A stretch of DNA of 56,866 bases from Bacteroidia bacterium (GCA_034676125.1 JAUCCO010000004.1:1-56866); one strand, 5' to 3'. Numbered from the stretch's first letter, positions 11,401 to 21,104 are shown. Made by a program: numbers and translations. Notes: generated by a model not told the origin, from the sequence alone.

Positions 11401-11540
11401 ATAGGGTCATTCCCTGTGCCATTTGTGGTTGTTGTGCCAGAGCCTATAACTACACTCTGTGCATTTGCATTAACAAAAGCAAACATGAGGAGTAAGACTC
11501 CTAACATAAACTTCGTTAATCGTTTGTCGATATTTTTCAT
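5457..11540 (-). CDS. 2027-aa T9SS-secreted surface protein with FN3-like and jelly-roll/cleaved-adhesin-like repeats
   Basis: Signal peptide (ANA-Q), six YYYRAYA.N FN3-like units, three FD...W...GWAIDDIEV domains, PVKLLSF domain, CTD YPNPF...GVYFVRI...KMIKQ. Confidence 0.88.
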   Translation of the reverse strand: MKNIDKRLTKFMLGVLLLMFAFVNANAQSVVIGSGTTTTNGTGNDPIDAYFAKMRYQVVYTAAELTTAGLPAGANITSLGWSVSEDYGGGNLLGYTISMGHTSATNSAAHNASAVSVVKNAFSYNPTVVTAGNFDTIAFDNNFIWNGSDNILVNICTNGPNPFTSPYGGVRTIAASTTNGSRYYRTDSGPAACTSTTTAANTTKPQIRFSYFPPTPCSNPVTGGTTTSSAVLTCPGNSFSLGLSGASIGTGITYQWQSSTDSLVFTNLTNDTNASYTSVLTTDSLFFRCEITCSFGTPAYSLPIKIKTDIFEVTPTNAYEEGFESITANNQLPACMEATNLGSVVYTYTAAQANYNQAARTGNKFASFRYYCNDFIFTKGLKLTQGVTYSFSTWFVTDGYASSWDSVSLYVATAPNAASATLLPGATLIQPSNTTYQKLTGSFTPTTTGIYRFAFKVVDAGNPYYLSIDDIKVEVAQAPIVATGNKANITTSGATLSGNITADGGAAVSVSGVVVSTSPSPVRGAFGVIDSASNPNVGMGAFSVNVAGLTLGTTYYYRAYATNAIGTTYGADSSFTTNSASVVPTVLRTAATNVQAYSATLGGNITSNGGDPVFASGVVYSTTPNPALFGFGVVDSTTTPAVTAGLFSINPVGLTHSTKYYYRAYATNSIGTAYSVEDSFITAPVISTLPYLQNFDSAGNTGWSSGIVTYNTNDWVLGTPAKTILNGAYSAPNAWVTNLTGTYSSSNQNSAVVSPQMDFSTLTAAPILRFKHKFNTEDGYDGGVVEISINNGTWTKVNNVVGTGTNFNTPLATSWYNNTNSYLALDANNFSGNSTNYSSNTNGWIVSTVSLVGANGQSNVKIRFRFAADPYTFEGWAIDDIEVFAPAAPTVATGTHTNVTTSSVTLAGNITNDGGNTITASGVVISTSPTPVRGGFGVIDSATNPLIKGGTFTVNVTDLYLATTYYYRAYAVNGVGTSYGADSTFTTNAAAVIPTVVKIAASNLLAYSATLGGNITSDGGSAVFASGVVYGTTPNPALFGTGVVDSTTNPAVTTGLFSVNPAGLTHSTKYYYRAYATNAVGTAYSVEDSFITSPVVSNLPYMQNFDAAGNTGWSSAIVTGTANNWVLGTPAKTFLNGAASAPNAWVTSLTGNYDNSQNAAVVSPQFDFTTATASPILRFKHKFQSETGWDALVVEMSVNGGAWTKLDNNVGTGTNFNTTLSTAWYNSSSGSGPITPAKFTGDPGGSAGYASQVNGWITSVTSLVGATGQSNVKIRFRFGSDGTGNREGWAIDDIEVFAPAAPSVATGTKTNITNAAVTLAGNISNDGGNAVTASGFVISTSPAPVRGGFGVIDSATNPIVTGGTYTKNVANLFAATTYYYRAYAVNGIGTSYGADSSFTTNASAVIPTVVRVAATNVNATVATVGGNITSDGGSTVFASGVVYSTTPLPILFGSGVVDSTTSPAVTTGLFSINPAGLTHSTKYYYRAYATNAVGTAYSVEDSFTTAPIISTLPYAQNFEGTGNTGWGSMLTSTNSNVNWIVGLATYNNWVLGTPAKTYLSGAKSGTKAWVTKTTGDYDTDHDASVVSPQFNFGALTSDPIVRFNHKFKCETEWDGLIVEVSINGGFWRRADSTVGTGGNFNSTASYSWYNTNITNTGASSVAPYFSTDLGSASVYSSQTNGWIESAFKLTGAAGQSNVRFRFRFIADAYVTDEGWAIDDIEVVNVVTPTIAASNVTATPALTSANVSFTAGNGTGRMVVARLTSVLAVAPTNNTMYGASAVYGSTNTTGTGNYIVYMGNGTSVNVTGLTAATGYTFDVYEFNGKYMHINFASGINSSTTTTPVKLLSFTAEKQNADVRLSWITVSEKNNAGFNVERSIDGKTFEVVNFVKGSNNASRTNYVSTDKDAFAVTGVNKLYYRIQQLDENGKFEYSTVVPVVNTEALTSEITAYPNPFNDKLTVTISDAKAGVATIEVMDLSGRLMYSVNQTIDNGNQTLTINELSTLSQGVYFVRISTLGNTKVVKMIKQ
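6380..10110 (-). repeat. Three tandem intragenic repeat units of about 1.24 kb (about 410 aa)
   Basis: Identical 30-mer AAAACTATCTTCAACACTATATGCAGTACC at 7032, 8271 and 9501 (periods 1239 and 1230). Unit boundaries approximate. Confidence 0.9.
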
Positions 11541-11916
11541 ATTTATTAAATTAATTGGTTTTTAAAATTGATAAAAGTGCTAAAAAAAACAAGAAGTACA
11601 TCAAAAAAAATTGAGGTACTAAATAAATAATTGCACTACATAATAAAATAGCCAGTGATTTTAGCTAAAAAAATAACATCTCCTATTCATTCCACAGCGT
11701 GGTGTTGTATATAGGCTTAATACCACGCAACAATGCAGGCTTAACTATAAAATATAATGGCCCACCTATGGTAGAAAATATTATAGCGTACAATGTGTAT
11801 ATTAAATGAATATTCTTAGGCATAAAAACAATTCCCCTAAACGAATATTATCTTTTAATTTTAAAAAAACAAATATTAGTCAGTTTGATTTGAAATAATG
11901 ACAATAAAACTAATAC

Positions 11917-12828
11917 TTATTTTAAGTAGAAGTTGATATTATCCGCAACATTTAGGCTATAAGTACCGCCAATTAGTAAAGGCAAATTCACCTCTAAATG
12001 ACCTATTGGAAAGTTAAATGCAACTGGGTATTTATATTTTTTAACTGCATTGGCAACTATTTGCTCCGCAGTTAATCCAAACGGAATGGTATTGTCGCGC
12101 ATATCGTTTAAGCCCCCCACTATTAAGCCTGCCAAGTTACTTAATTTACCAGCCCGTTTAAGTGCTTGCATCATCCTGTCTATATGGTACAAATACTCAT
12201 CTAAATCTTCAATAAAAAGTATTTTTCCGTTAGTGTCAACATCACTTTTTGAACCCAACAAACTAAAAAGTACCGATAGGTTTCCACCTACAACTTCTGC
12301 GGTTGCAGTACCAAATCTATTTAAGCTATTTTGAGGAATTTGATACACAACACCATGTTCATCAAACAAAATATTTTTTAATGCATGAATGCTGCTACTA
12401 TTTACATTATGCTGCTGCATATTAATTGGCATTGTAGCATGCAAGGTGTTACAATTAGTATTAACATTTAAATGGCTATGTATAACAGTAATATCACTAT
12501 AACCAATTAACCATTTAGGCTTATTTGTTAATCCCGAAAAGTCAATATCATCAATAATTCTAACAGTGCCATAACCACCACGGGCAAAAATGATGGCTTT
12601 AATTTCGTCATTCTTTAAGTAGGTATTTAAAACCTTGGCCCTTGTTGCATCATTACCTGCAAACTGATTATCTACTGCAAATAAATCTTCGTGCAAAACC
12701 ACCTCAAGCCCCCAGCTTTCAAATATTTTTATAGCCGGTGCTAATTCATCCATATCAACTTTACGAGCCGAAGCCGCAAAGGCAATTTTATCGCCTTTGA
12801 TAAGTTTAGGTGGTGTGTTTCGCATCAT
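11917..12828 (-). CDS. S66 family LD-carboxypeptidase
   Basis: ARGGYG, GYSDIT (catalytic Ser), GGNLS, LFIED, FPIGH. Confidence 0.92.
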   Translation of the reverse strand: MMRNTPPKLIKGDKIAFAASARKVDMDELAPAIKIFESWGLEVVLHEDLFAVDNQFAGNDATRAKVLNTYLKNDEIKAIIFARGGYGTVRIIDDIDFSGLTNKPKWLIGYSDITVIHSHLNVNTNCNTLHATMPINMQQHNVNSSSIHALKNILFDEHGVVYQIPQNSLNRFGTATAEVVGGNLSVLFSLLGSKSDVDTNGKILFIEDLDEYLYHIDRMMQALKRAGKLSNLAGLIVGGLNDMRDNTIPFGLTAEQIVANAVKKYKYPVAFNFPIGHLEVNLPLLIGGTYSLNVADNINFYLK

Positions 12829-12832
12829 TTAA

Positions 12833-13930
12833 TTAGGTGTATTTTTCATCGTATTTAATCTTCATGTCGGCTACCATTTGTTTTACCTCTTGCTCTTTGC
12901 TTTTATCACAAATCATTAAAACATCTTCGGTATCAACCACAATAATATCCTGCACACTATTTAATACCACAACTTTACCTTTACTGGCATGTGAGCTAAT
13001 CATACAATTTTGGGTATTATACACATGAATGTGCTTACCATCAATGGCATTGTTGTATTCGTCTTTTTGTTTAAAATTTTCGTAAAGAGATGTCCAAGTA
13101 CCTAAATCACTCCAGCCAAAATCGCTAGGAATTACATATACATTATCTGCTTTTTCTAAAATTCCATAATCAATAGAAATAGAACGGCATTGTTCATACA
13201 CACCTTGAATAGCAGCTTGCTCATTTGCGGTACCAAAACTTTTTGATGCTTTATCAAACAACTCATAATGTTCGGGCATTAATTCTTTAAATGCTTTTCT
13301 GATGGATGAACTGCTCCAAATAAAAATACCCGCATTCCATAAAAAATCACCACTATCAATAAAAGTTTGGGCAAGTTCTAATGAAGGTTTTTCGGTAAAA
13401 GTTTTTACCCTAAACAATCCTTCTTGTTGGCGCTCATCAATATATTGAATGTATCCATATCCAGTATCTGGGCGGCTTGGGCGAATACCCAATGTAACCA
13501 AAGCTTGATTATTTTTGGCATAGTTTAAACCAAAAATAAGTTTATCAATAAAACTGGCTTCATCTAAAATTAAATGATCGCTAGGTGCTATTACACATAA
13601 TGCATGTGTATTAATTTGATGAATTTTTGCCCCAGCATAAGCAATACATGCAGCCGTATTTTTAGCAGAAGGTTCACCTAAAACACACGTTGGGTTGATT
13701 CCCGGAATTTGTTCCATTACCATGGGCAAATAACTTTGGTTAGTAACAATGTAAATGTTATCCTTTTCAAAATGTTTAAGAAAACGATTATAGGTACTTT
13801 GTAAAAGCGTACTTCCAACTCCCAATATATCCAAAAACTGTTTAGGTCTTTGGGTTCTGCTATAAGGCCAAAATCTACTTCCAATTCCACCTGCCATAAT
13901 AATAGCGTAGTGATTTTTGTTTTTCTCCAT
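12833..13930 (-). CDS. manC: Mannose-1-phosphate guanylyltransferase
   Basis: IMAGGIGSRFWPYSR..PKQF, TGYGYI, FTEKP, WSDLGTW. Start at MEKNK (13930); 13948 is also possible. Confidence 0.9.
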   Translation of the reverse strand: MEKNKNHYAIIMAGGIGSRFWPYSRTQRPKQFLDILGVGSTLLQSTYNRFLKHFEKDNIYIVTNQSYLPMVMEQIPGINPTCVLGEPSAKNTAACIAYAGAKIHQINTHALCVIAPSDHLILDEASFIDKLIFGLNYAKNNQALVTLGIRPSRPDTGYGYIQYIDERQQEGLFRVKTFTEKPSLELAQTFIDSGDFLWNAGIFIWSSSSIRKAFKELMPEHYELFDKASKSFGTANEQAAIQGVYEQCRSISIDYGILEKADNVYVIPSDFGWSDLGTWTSLYENFKQKDEYNNAIDGKHIHVYNTQNCMISSHASKGKVVVLNSVQDIIVVDTEDVLMICDKSKEQEVKQMVADMKIKYDEKYT

Positions 13931-14112
13931 ACTGTTGATAAAAATCATTAATAATAATAATATAGCGCAAGTGCGTATTTCCTCACAAAAGGCGTATATT
14001 AGTATTTGCAAATAAAGATTTTAATAATCAAATTTTCAAAAAAGGATTTATCGTGCTAACTTAGCACCGCTTTTATCAGAAAAGCCAATACTTAATAAAA
14101 ATATATCGCAGT

Positions 14113-16302
14113 ATGAAAGTTGCAAAGAAGAGTGCAAAGGATAGTCTAAAGGAGTTTTTTGGATTTGATAGTTTCAAAGATGAACAAGAACAAATTATAA
14201 ATAGTGTAATGAATGGTGACGACACTTTTGTAATTATGCCCACGGGCGGTGGCAAAAGTTTGTGTTACCAATTACCAGCTTTAATGCTACCAGGTGTTAC
14301 CATCATTATATCGCCACTTATAGCTTTAATGAAAAACCAAGTGGACCAATTACGTTCGTTTGGCACTGAGAGCATTGCACACTTTTTAAACTCATCATTA
14401 AGTAAAGGTGATATTACCCGAGTTAAAAAAGATGTGAGTGATGGCGCTACAAAGTTGCTTTATATTGCACCCGAAACATTAAAAAAAGATGAGACTATTG
14501 ATTTTTTAAAATCAATTAATATATCTTTTGTTGCGGTTGATGAGGCCCATTGTATAAGCGAGTGGGGACATGATTTTAGACCCGAATACCGCAGAATAAA
14601 ACAAATGATTAAGGAGATTAAGGACGTTCCGATGATGGCCTTAACTGCTACTGCAACTCCTAAAGTTCAGCAAGACATACAAAAAAATTTACAAATGGGT
14701 GATGCTTTGGTTTACAAATCATCATTTAACCGTACCAATTTATACTACGAAGTTAGGCCCAAAGGCAAAAAGAACGATGTTTTAAAAGACATGGTTCAAT
14801 ACATACAAGCCCGTAAAAACAAAACAGGTATAATTTATTGCTTAAGCCGCAAAAAGGTAGAAGAAATTGCTGGTGTATTAAAAGCAAACGGAATAAAAGC
14901 CCTACCTTATCATGCAGGTTTAGATGCAAAAACACGTGCCAACCACCAAGATGCATTTTTGATGGAAGATTGTGATGTGATTGTTGCAACCATAGCATTT
15001 GGTATGGGTATAGACAAGCCAGACGTTAGGTTTGTAATACATTATGATGTGCCTAAAAGTATTGAGGGTTACTATCAAGAAACAGGTAGAGCAGGACGCG
15101 ATGGAATAGATAGTGATTGCTTGCTTTATTATAACCCAGCTGATATTGATAAACTTGAAAAGTTTATGAAAGATAAGCCTGTAGCCGAAAGAGAAATTGG
15201 TGAATTACTTATTTTTGAAACACAAGCTTTTGCAGAATCATCGGCATGTAGAAGAAAGTTTTTATTACATTATTTTGGCGAAGTATATGACGAAAAAGGT
15301 TGCAATAACATGTGCGATAATTGCCGTCATCCTAAAGTTAAAATTGATGCTAAAGAAGAGTCTGTTTTAGTATTAAATACCATTAAAGATATTAAAGGCA
15401 AGTATGTATTAAACCACGTGGTAGATATTATTATTGGCAAAAAAACACACGAAGTAACTTTAAGTGGCCACGAAAAATTAGCCCATTTTGGCAAAGGTAA
15501 AGATCAAGATGAAAACTTTTGGAAATCACTTATTAGGGTATTGTTGCTTAATGGTTACATCACCAAAAATATAGAAAATTACGGATTATTAAGTGTTAAT
15601 GATAAGGGCATTGCATTCTTAAAAAAACCTACCAAAATTGAAGTTGCATTAGATCAAAAATTTGATAAAGTAACTGATGAAGATGAAAAAGATGTTGAGG
15701 TAGAAAATGTTTATGACGAGGCATTATTTGCTTTATTAAAAGACCTAACCAAAAAAGTTGGTAAGCAAAATAACTTGCCTCCTTATGTTATTTTCCAAGA
15801 ACCATCATTAGAAGAAATGGCTAGCAAATATCCAACAAGTTTGGATGAATTGTCTAGAATATCGGGAGTAAACAAAGGGAAAGCAACCAAGTTTGGTAAG
15901 CCATATATTGAGCTAATTGATAAATACGTTAAAGAAAACGATATCGAAAAATTAGATGAAATGGTGATGAAATCGGTGGTAAATAAATCAGCTAAAAAAA
16001 TTGCCATTATTACCAATATCGATAAAAAGATAAATCTACCTGACATTGCTCGTTCGCAAGGTTTTAAAATGGATGATTTGCTAACTGAAATGGAGAATAT
16101 AATTTTAAGTGGTACTAAACTTAACCTTAGAGGCTATATAAATGATATGGCTGACGAAGACTTGCAAGAGGAGGTGATGGATTATTTTAGAGGAGCACAA
16201 GAAGATAATATTGATGCGGCAGTAAACGAGTTTAGCAGCGACTTTTCTAAAGAAGAAGTGATGTTATTCCGCTTGCATTTTATTTCTGAATATGCTTTCT
16301 AA
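14113..16302 (+). CDS. recQ: ATP-dependent DNA helicase RecQ
   Basis: MPTGGGKS, DEAHCISEWGHDFRP, QETGRAGRDG, Zn-binding CRR...CDNC, RQC and HRDC regions. Confidence 0.96.
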   Translation: MKVAKKSAKDSLKEFFGFDSFKDEQEQIINSVMNGDDTFVIMPTGGGKSLCYQLPALMLPGVTIIISPLIALMKNQVDQLRSFGTESIAHFLNSSLSKGDITRVKKDVSDGATKLLYIAPETLKKDETIDFLKSINISFVAVDEAHCISEWGHDFRPEYRRIKQMIKEIKDVPMMALTATATPKVQQDIQKNLQMGDALVYKSSFNRTNLYYEVRPKGKKNDVLKDMVQYIQARKNKTGIIYCLSRKKVEEIAGVLKANGIKALPYHAGLDAKTRANHQDAFLMEDCDVIVATIAFGMGIDKPDVRFVIHYDVPKSIEGYYQETGRAGRDGIDSDCLLYYNPADIDKLEKFMKDKPVAEREIGELLIFETQAFAESSACRRKFLLHYFGEVYDEKGCNNMCDNCRHPKVKIDAKEESVLVLNTIKDIKGKYVLNHVVDIIIGKKTHEVTLSGHEKLAHFGKGKDQDENFWKSLIRVLLLNGYITKNIENYGLLSVNDKGIAFLKKPTKIEVALDQKFDKVTDEDEKDVEVENVYDEALFALLKDLTKKVGKQNNLPPYVIFQEPSLEEMASKYPTSLDELSRISGVNKGKATKFGKPYIELIDKYVKENDIEKLDEMVMKSVVNKSAKKIAIITNIDKKINLPDIARSQGFKMDDLLTEMENIILSGTKLNLRGYINDMADEDLQEEVMDYFRGAQEDNIDAAVNEFSSDFSKEEVMLFRLHFISEYAF

Positions 16303-16351
16303 AAAGTTAATAAAATAACTATTTAAATTTACAGCGTTTAACTCCACATTT

Positions 16352-18292
16352 GTGAACGATCATAACAAGTTGTCAAAAGTATCAATGGCTGGTCTGTTGG
16401 TAACAATGGGCATCATTTTCGGTGATATTGGAACCTCTCCTCTTTACGTTTTTAAAGCAATTATTGCCAATAAAATCATTTCAGAAGATTTAATTCTTGG
16501 TGGTTTATCCGCAGTTTTTTGGACCCTTACTTTACAAACAACCATCAAATATGTAATTATTGTACTTCGTGCAGATAATAATGGTGAAGGTGGGATTTTT
16601 TCACTGTATGCTTTAATTCGTAGGCGAAGACCCTATCTAATTCTTCCAGCAATAATTGGAGGTTGCGCTTTACTTGCTGATGGTATGATTACACCACCAA
16701 TCTCGGTTTCATCGGCAGTAGAAGGTTTACTTATTATCTATCCTGATATTCCTACAATACCTATTGTAATTGTTATTATTACTACCTTATTTTTAATTCA
16801 ACGGGTTGGTACAAGTATCGTGGGTAAAGTATTTGGCCCAGTTATGTTTATTTGGTTTTTAATGTTGGGTACTTTAGGTGCAATTAGCTTGGCTAGCCAC
16901 CCCGAAGTATTAAAGGCTTTAAACCCATACTATGCATATAACTTATTGGTAAATTACCCGCAAGGATTTTGGTTATTGGGTGCAATATTTTTATGTACAA
17001 CTGGTGCCGAAGCATTATACTCTGACATGGGGCATTGCGGTAAAAAGAATATCCGTATAAGTTGGATATTTGTAAAAGCTACCTTAATTTTAAACTACTT
17101 TGGACAAGGTGCTTGGGTTATAAAAAGTATGGGTACACAAGCTGCCGATATCAACCCTTTTTATGCAATTATGCCCCAATGGTTTTTAATACCAGGCATT
17201 GTGGTGGCTACATTAGCAGCAATTATTGCAAGTCAGGCAATGATTAGTGGTTCGTTTACTTTAATAAGTGAGGCATTGCGGTTAAATGTTTGGCCCAAAG
17301 TGCGTATCAAATACCCATCAGTTGCCAAAGGACAATTATATGTACCAAGTGTAAATTGGATATTATGGGCTGGATGTATTGGCATTGTATTGTATTTTAA
17401 AGAATCATCGCAAATGGAGGCAGCATACGGTTTAGCAATTGTTACCACCATGATGATGACCACGATTTTATTATCAAGTTACCTGCGCAAAATAAAAACA
17501 CCAAAAGCCATTGTACTTATTATAACTACAGTATACTTATCTATTGAGGCCTGTTTTTTAGTTGCCAATATTATAAAAATACCACATGGTGGCTGGATGA
17601 CTTTATTAATTAGCTTGCTATTTATTACCATAATGTGGGTTTGGTTTAAAGGCCGTAAAATTAAAAATCGTTTAACAGAGTTTGTAAAATTGCGCGATTA
17701 TATTCCTATTTTACAACAATTAAGTAACGACACAACTGTACCTAAATATGCTACCCATTTGGTTTATTTAACCAGTACTGATAATTCTCTTGAAGTAGAA
17801 AACAAGGTTGTGTATAGCATACTTCAAAAACAACCAAAACGCGCAGATATCTATTGGTTTGTACACATACATGTAGACGACCAGCCTTACACCATGCAAT
17901 ATAAAGTAGACCATATTGCAAGCCACGATATTATTAAAATTGATTTTAGATTAGGGTTTAGGGTTGAACAAAAAATTAACTTCTACTTTAGAAAAGTGGT
18001 GGAAGAATTAATGAAAAACCACGAAGTAGATGTTACCAGTAGATATGCATCATTAAGCAAACTTAATATTACTGGTGATTTTAGGTTTGTAGTATTAAAG
18101 CGCCATTTAAGTTACGAAAATGAATTAAGTGTTTACGAAAGTTTAATTATGGATGCTTATAGCGTGCTTGATACATTAAGTTTAAGCGAAGAAAAAGCAT
18201 TTGGTTTGGATACTAGTTCGGTAACGGTAGAAAAAGTTCCAATGATTGTTGCTCCAGTAAAAGAGTTTAAGTTAAAACGTGTTTATAAATAA
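16352..18292 (+). CDS. kup: KUP/HAK/KT potassium transporter
   Basis: FGDIGTSPLY, ADNNGEGG, TGAEALYSDMGH, GQLYVP. GTG start; ATG 16385 is an alternative. Confidence 0.94.
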   Translation: MNDHNKLSKVSMAGLLVTMGIIFGDIGTSPLYVFKAIIANKIISEDLILGGLSAVFWTLTLQTTIKYVIIVLRADNNGEGGIFSLYALIRRRRPYLILPAIIGGCALLADGMITPPISVSSAVEGLLIIYPDIPTIPIVIVIITTLFLIQRVGTSIVGKVFGPVMFIWFLMLGTLGAISLASHPEVLKALNPYYAYNLLVNYPQGFWLLGAIFLCTTGAEALYSDMGHCGKKNIRISWIFVKATLILNYFGQGAWVIKSMGTQAADINPFYAIMPQWFLIPGIVVATLAAIIASQAMISGSFTLISEALRLNVWPKVRIKYPSVAKGQLYVPSVNWILWAGCIGIVLYFKESSQMEAAYGLAIVTTMMMTTILLSSYLRKIKTPKAIVLIITTVYLSIEACFLVANIIKIPHGGWMTLLISLLFITIMWVWFKGRKIKNRLTEFVKLRDYIPILQQLSNDTTVPKYATHLVYLTSTDNSLEVENKVVYSILQKQPKRADIYWFVHIHVDDQPYTMQYKVDHIASHDIIKIDFRLGFRVEQKINFYFRKVVEELMKNHEVDVTSRYASLSKLNITGDFRFVVLKRHLSYENELSVYESLIMDAYSVLDTLSLSEEKAFGLDTSSVTVEKVPMIVAPVKEFKLKRVYK

Positions 18293-18495
18293 TGGACGGA
18301 ACAATACGTGCAAACATAAAACGTGGTGATTTGGTAAACATTATTTTAAAAAAGGACCAAATAAATGGCAACCTAACAGAGGGTATTGTTAAAGATATTT
18401 TAACAAGTGCACCAAAACATCACCGGGGAATTAAAGTAAGGCTTGATGATGGCCAAGTAGGCCGAGTACAAGAAGTGATAGAAGAAGATTTTTAA
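18292..18495 (+). CDS. YwbE family small protein
   Basis: LKKDQ..G.LTEG.VKDILT....H.RGIKVRL.DGQVGRVQ. TAATG overlap with kup. Confidence 0.88.
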   Translation: MDGTIRANIKRGDLVNIILKKDQINGNLTEGIVKDILTSAPKHHRGIKVRLDDGQVGRVQEVIEEDF

Positions 18496-18496
18496 T

Positions 18497-18535
18497 AAAA
18501 AAGCCTGCTGAAATTAAATCCAGCAGGCTTTTTTA
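18497..18535. terminator. Bidirectional intrinsic terminator
   Basis: AAAAAAGCCTGCTG...CAGCAGGCTTTTTT. Confidence 0.85.
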
Positions 18536-18546
18536 TTTAAGAATAA

Positions 18547-20427
18547 CTAGTCTACGATTTTTACGTATAAGTCTTTTATTTCTTTTTGGTATTTTTTCTC
18601 TACCACTTTACGTTTAATTTTTTGTGTAGGGGTCATTTCTTCAGCCTCTAAACTAAAGGGCTGGCGCTTAATAATAAATTGACGAACACGCTCAAACTTA
18701 CCCAATTCTTTTTCGGATAAACGCATGTCTTCATCAATCCATTTATAAATTTTATCATCATTAATAAAGGCTGTATTTTCATTAAAATAAGCATCATTAA
18801 CACCAAATACTTCTTTCATTTCTTCTCTACTTGGAACAACAATAGCGGTTAAATATTCTTGGTTATCGCCTATTAAAAATATTTGCTCAATTTTTGGCGA
18901 TTTTAAATACGCGTTTTCTATAGGTGTTGGGTACACATTTTTACCAAACGAGTTTACCAAAATATTTTTTATCCTATCGGTAATTTTTAAATATCCTTTA
19001 TAAAACTTACCTACATCACCCGTGTGTAACCAACCATCAGCATCAATTGTAGCAGCAGTTTGTTCGGGTAAATTCCAATATCCCAACATCACATTTGGAC
19101 CTTTAACTAATATCTCACCTTCGGCACTGCTAAAATCAGGATGAAATGAATCGTAAGTTTGTGTAGTAATAATTTCTTTGGTATCGGGGTTTTGAATAGC
19201 CACCGAAACACCATTGCCAATACGCCCCACAGTTCCATATATTTGCCTTTCGGGTGTATTTACGGTAACCAATGGTGATGTTTCTGTTAAGCCGTAACCT
19301 TCGCAAACCAACACACCAATATTCCCAAAAAACTCGCCAACATGTTGTGGTAATGCGCCTCCACCAGAAATCATTACTTCCATTTTACCACCAAGACGTT
19401 GCTTTATTTTGCTGTATACCAACTTTTCTGCAATGGCAAGTTGTACATCAAGCAAAAGTCCATTTGGTTTATGTTCTTCCCTATTTATTCTTCGGGTTTC
19501 ACCAATTTTTAATGCCCAATTAAATATTTTAAGTTTAATACCTCCAGCCGTTGCAGTAGTTTTTCGCACACGTTCTTCAATACGTTCTAACAAACGTGGT
19601 ACTGTTAAAATTGCCGTTGGAGTGGCCTCACTTATATTGCTAGTTAATGCCTCTAAGCTTTGTGCAAATGCAATTTCGCTACCAATCTAAGTACTTAAAT
19701 AGTACGTGGCAGTACGCTCATAAACATGGCACATTGGTAAAAAAGAAAGAAAGCGGTAGTTTTTATTTACAATGGGTATTAAATGTACACCCATTATTAC
19801 ATTGCTCATAAAATTATTGTGCGATAACATTGCACCTTTGGGCAAAGCGGTTGTACCCGAAGTATAAAGCAAACACGATAAATCATCAGGCTTAACCGAA
19901 ACCAATTGTTCTTCAACTTTATCTTTTAGTAACGGATATAGCTTTTTACCTGCTGTAACAATTTGGCTATAAGATTCTACATCTTCCTCTGCGGTTTTAG
20001 CATCAAAAGCAGTAATAATATATTTTAAGTGGGGACAGTTGGCTTTAATTTTATTTATTTTTTTTAATAAAAAAGGCGTACCTACTAATATAACTACCGA
20101 TTGCGAATCATTTAAAATATGTTGAATTTCACTTTCGCTTAATGTTGGGTATATAGAAACATTAACCATTCCTAATTGCATTAACCCTTGATCAAATGCA
20201 ATATATTCTGGACAATTTTCAATAATTAAGGCTGCTTTATCGCCCTTTTTGTAACCCTTATTGAGTAGGTAAGCGGATATTGCATTTAATTCATCTATAA
20301 CCTGAGCATAAGTTATGGCCTCATAACCAGCATCCTTTTTGGCCAATAAAAACGTACTGTCGGGTGTTTTTATATTGTTTGCCGCATTGCGCAAAAAGTA
20401 ATGTAAAGAAGGGTAATTATGTTGCAT
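18547..20427 (-). pseudogene. Long-chain fatty acid-CoA ligase interrupted by one in-frame TAG at 19687-19689
   Basis: ORFs 19687..20427 and 18547..19593 share one frame: ...YYLST-TAG-IGSEIAFAQSLE...VPRLLERI. AMP-binding motifs YTSGTT..PKG, GYGLTE and LHTGD are split across the halves. Confidence 0.85.
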
Positions 20428-20549
20428 GTTAATTTCTTTTTTTTCTATTTGGGTTGATGTTTTATTAAATACTACAACTCATTCGGCAATACAAATTTTT
20501 ATTTACCGAATTACATAAATACGAAAAAAATGAATGTAAACTATAGAAG

Positions 20550-21104
20550 TTACCTAGTTTGTGGAAATTTCATTTTGTAATCAACATTTACTGCTCCTTT
20601 TGATATGTTAATGAGCTTGTTTTTAATTAAGCGTTTTTTAAGTTCGCTTAACCTATCTACAAATAAAATTCCTTGTATGTGGTCGAACTCATGTTGTATA
20701 ACCCTTGCCACAATACCATCATAAGATTCCTCTTTATTTTCAAAGTTCTCATCTTGGTATTTAATGGTAAGTTTGCTATGTCTTTTAACATTTTCGCGTA
20801 TGTGCGGAATGCTTAAACAGCCTTCTTCAAAATCCCATTTATCACCTGTTTCTTCAATAATTTCAGCATTAATAAATACCTTTTTTACGTCTGGGTATTT
20901 CTCATCTTCAAACTTACTGCTATCAATAATAAATAAATTAATTGCTTTACCAATTTGTGGTGCTGCAAGGCCAACTCCATGCGACTCATACATTGTTTCG
21001 AACATGCTTGCAATTACTTCATTTAAGTTTGGGTAATCTTTATTAATGGGCGAACCTATTTTTCTTAATACTGGATCTCCGTATGCAATTATTGGATATA
21101 TCAT
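20550..21104 (-). CDS. def: Peptide deformylase
   Basis: GVGLAAPQIG, EGCLS, QHEFDH. Confidence 0.96.
   Translation of the reverse strand: MIYPIIAYGDPVLRKIGSPINKDYPNLNEVIASMFETMYESHGVGLAAPQIGKAINLFIIDSSKFEDEKYPDVKKVFINAEIIEETGDKWDFEEGCLSIPHIRENVKRHSKLTIKYQDENFENKEESYDGIVARVIQHEFDHIQGILFVDRLSELKKRLIKNKLINISKGAVNVDYKMKFPQTR

Noticed and set aside
19594-19700. Programmed frameshift, pyrrolysine or genetic-code reassignment at the split acyl-CoA ligase
   Set aside because: Both halves are in the same frame, TAG terminates several other genes here, and no pyl genes are in the window.
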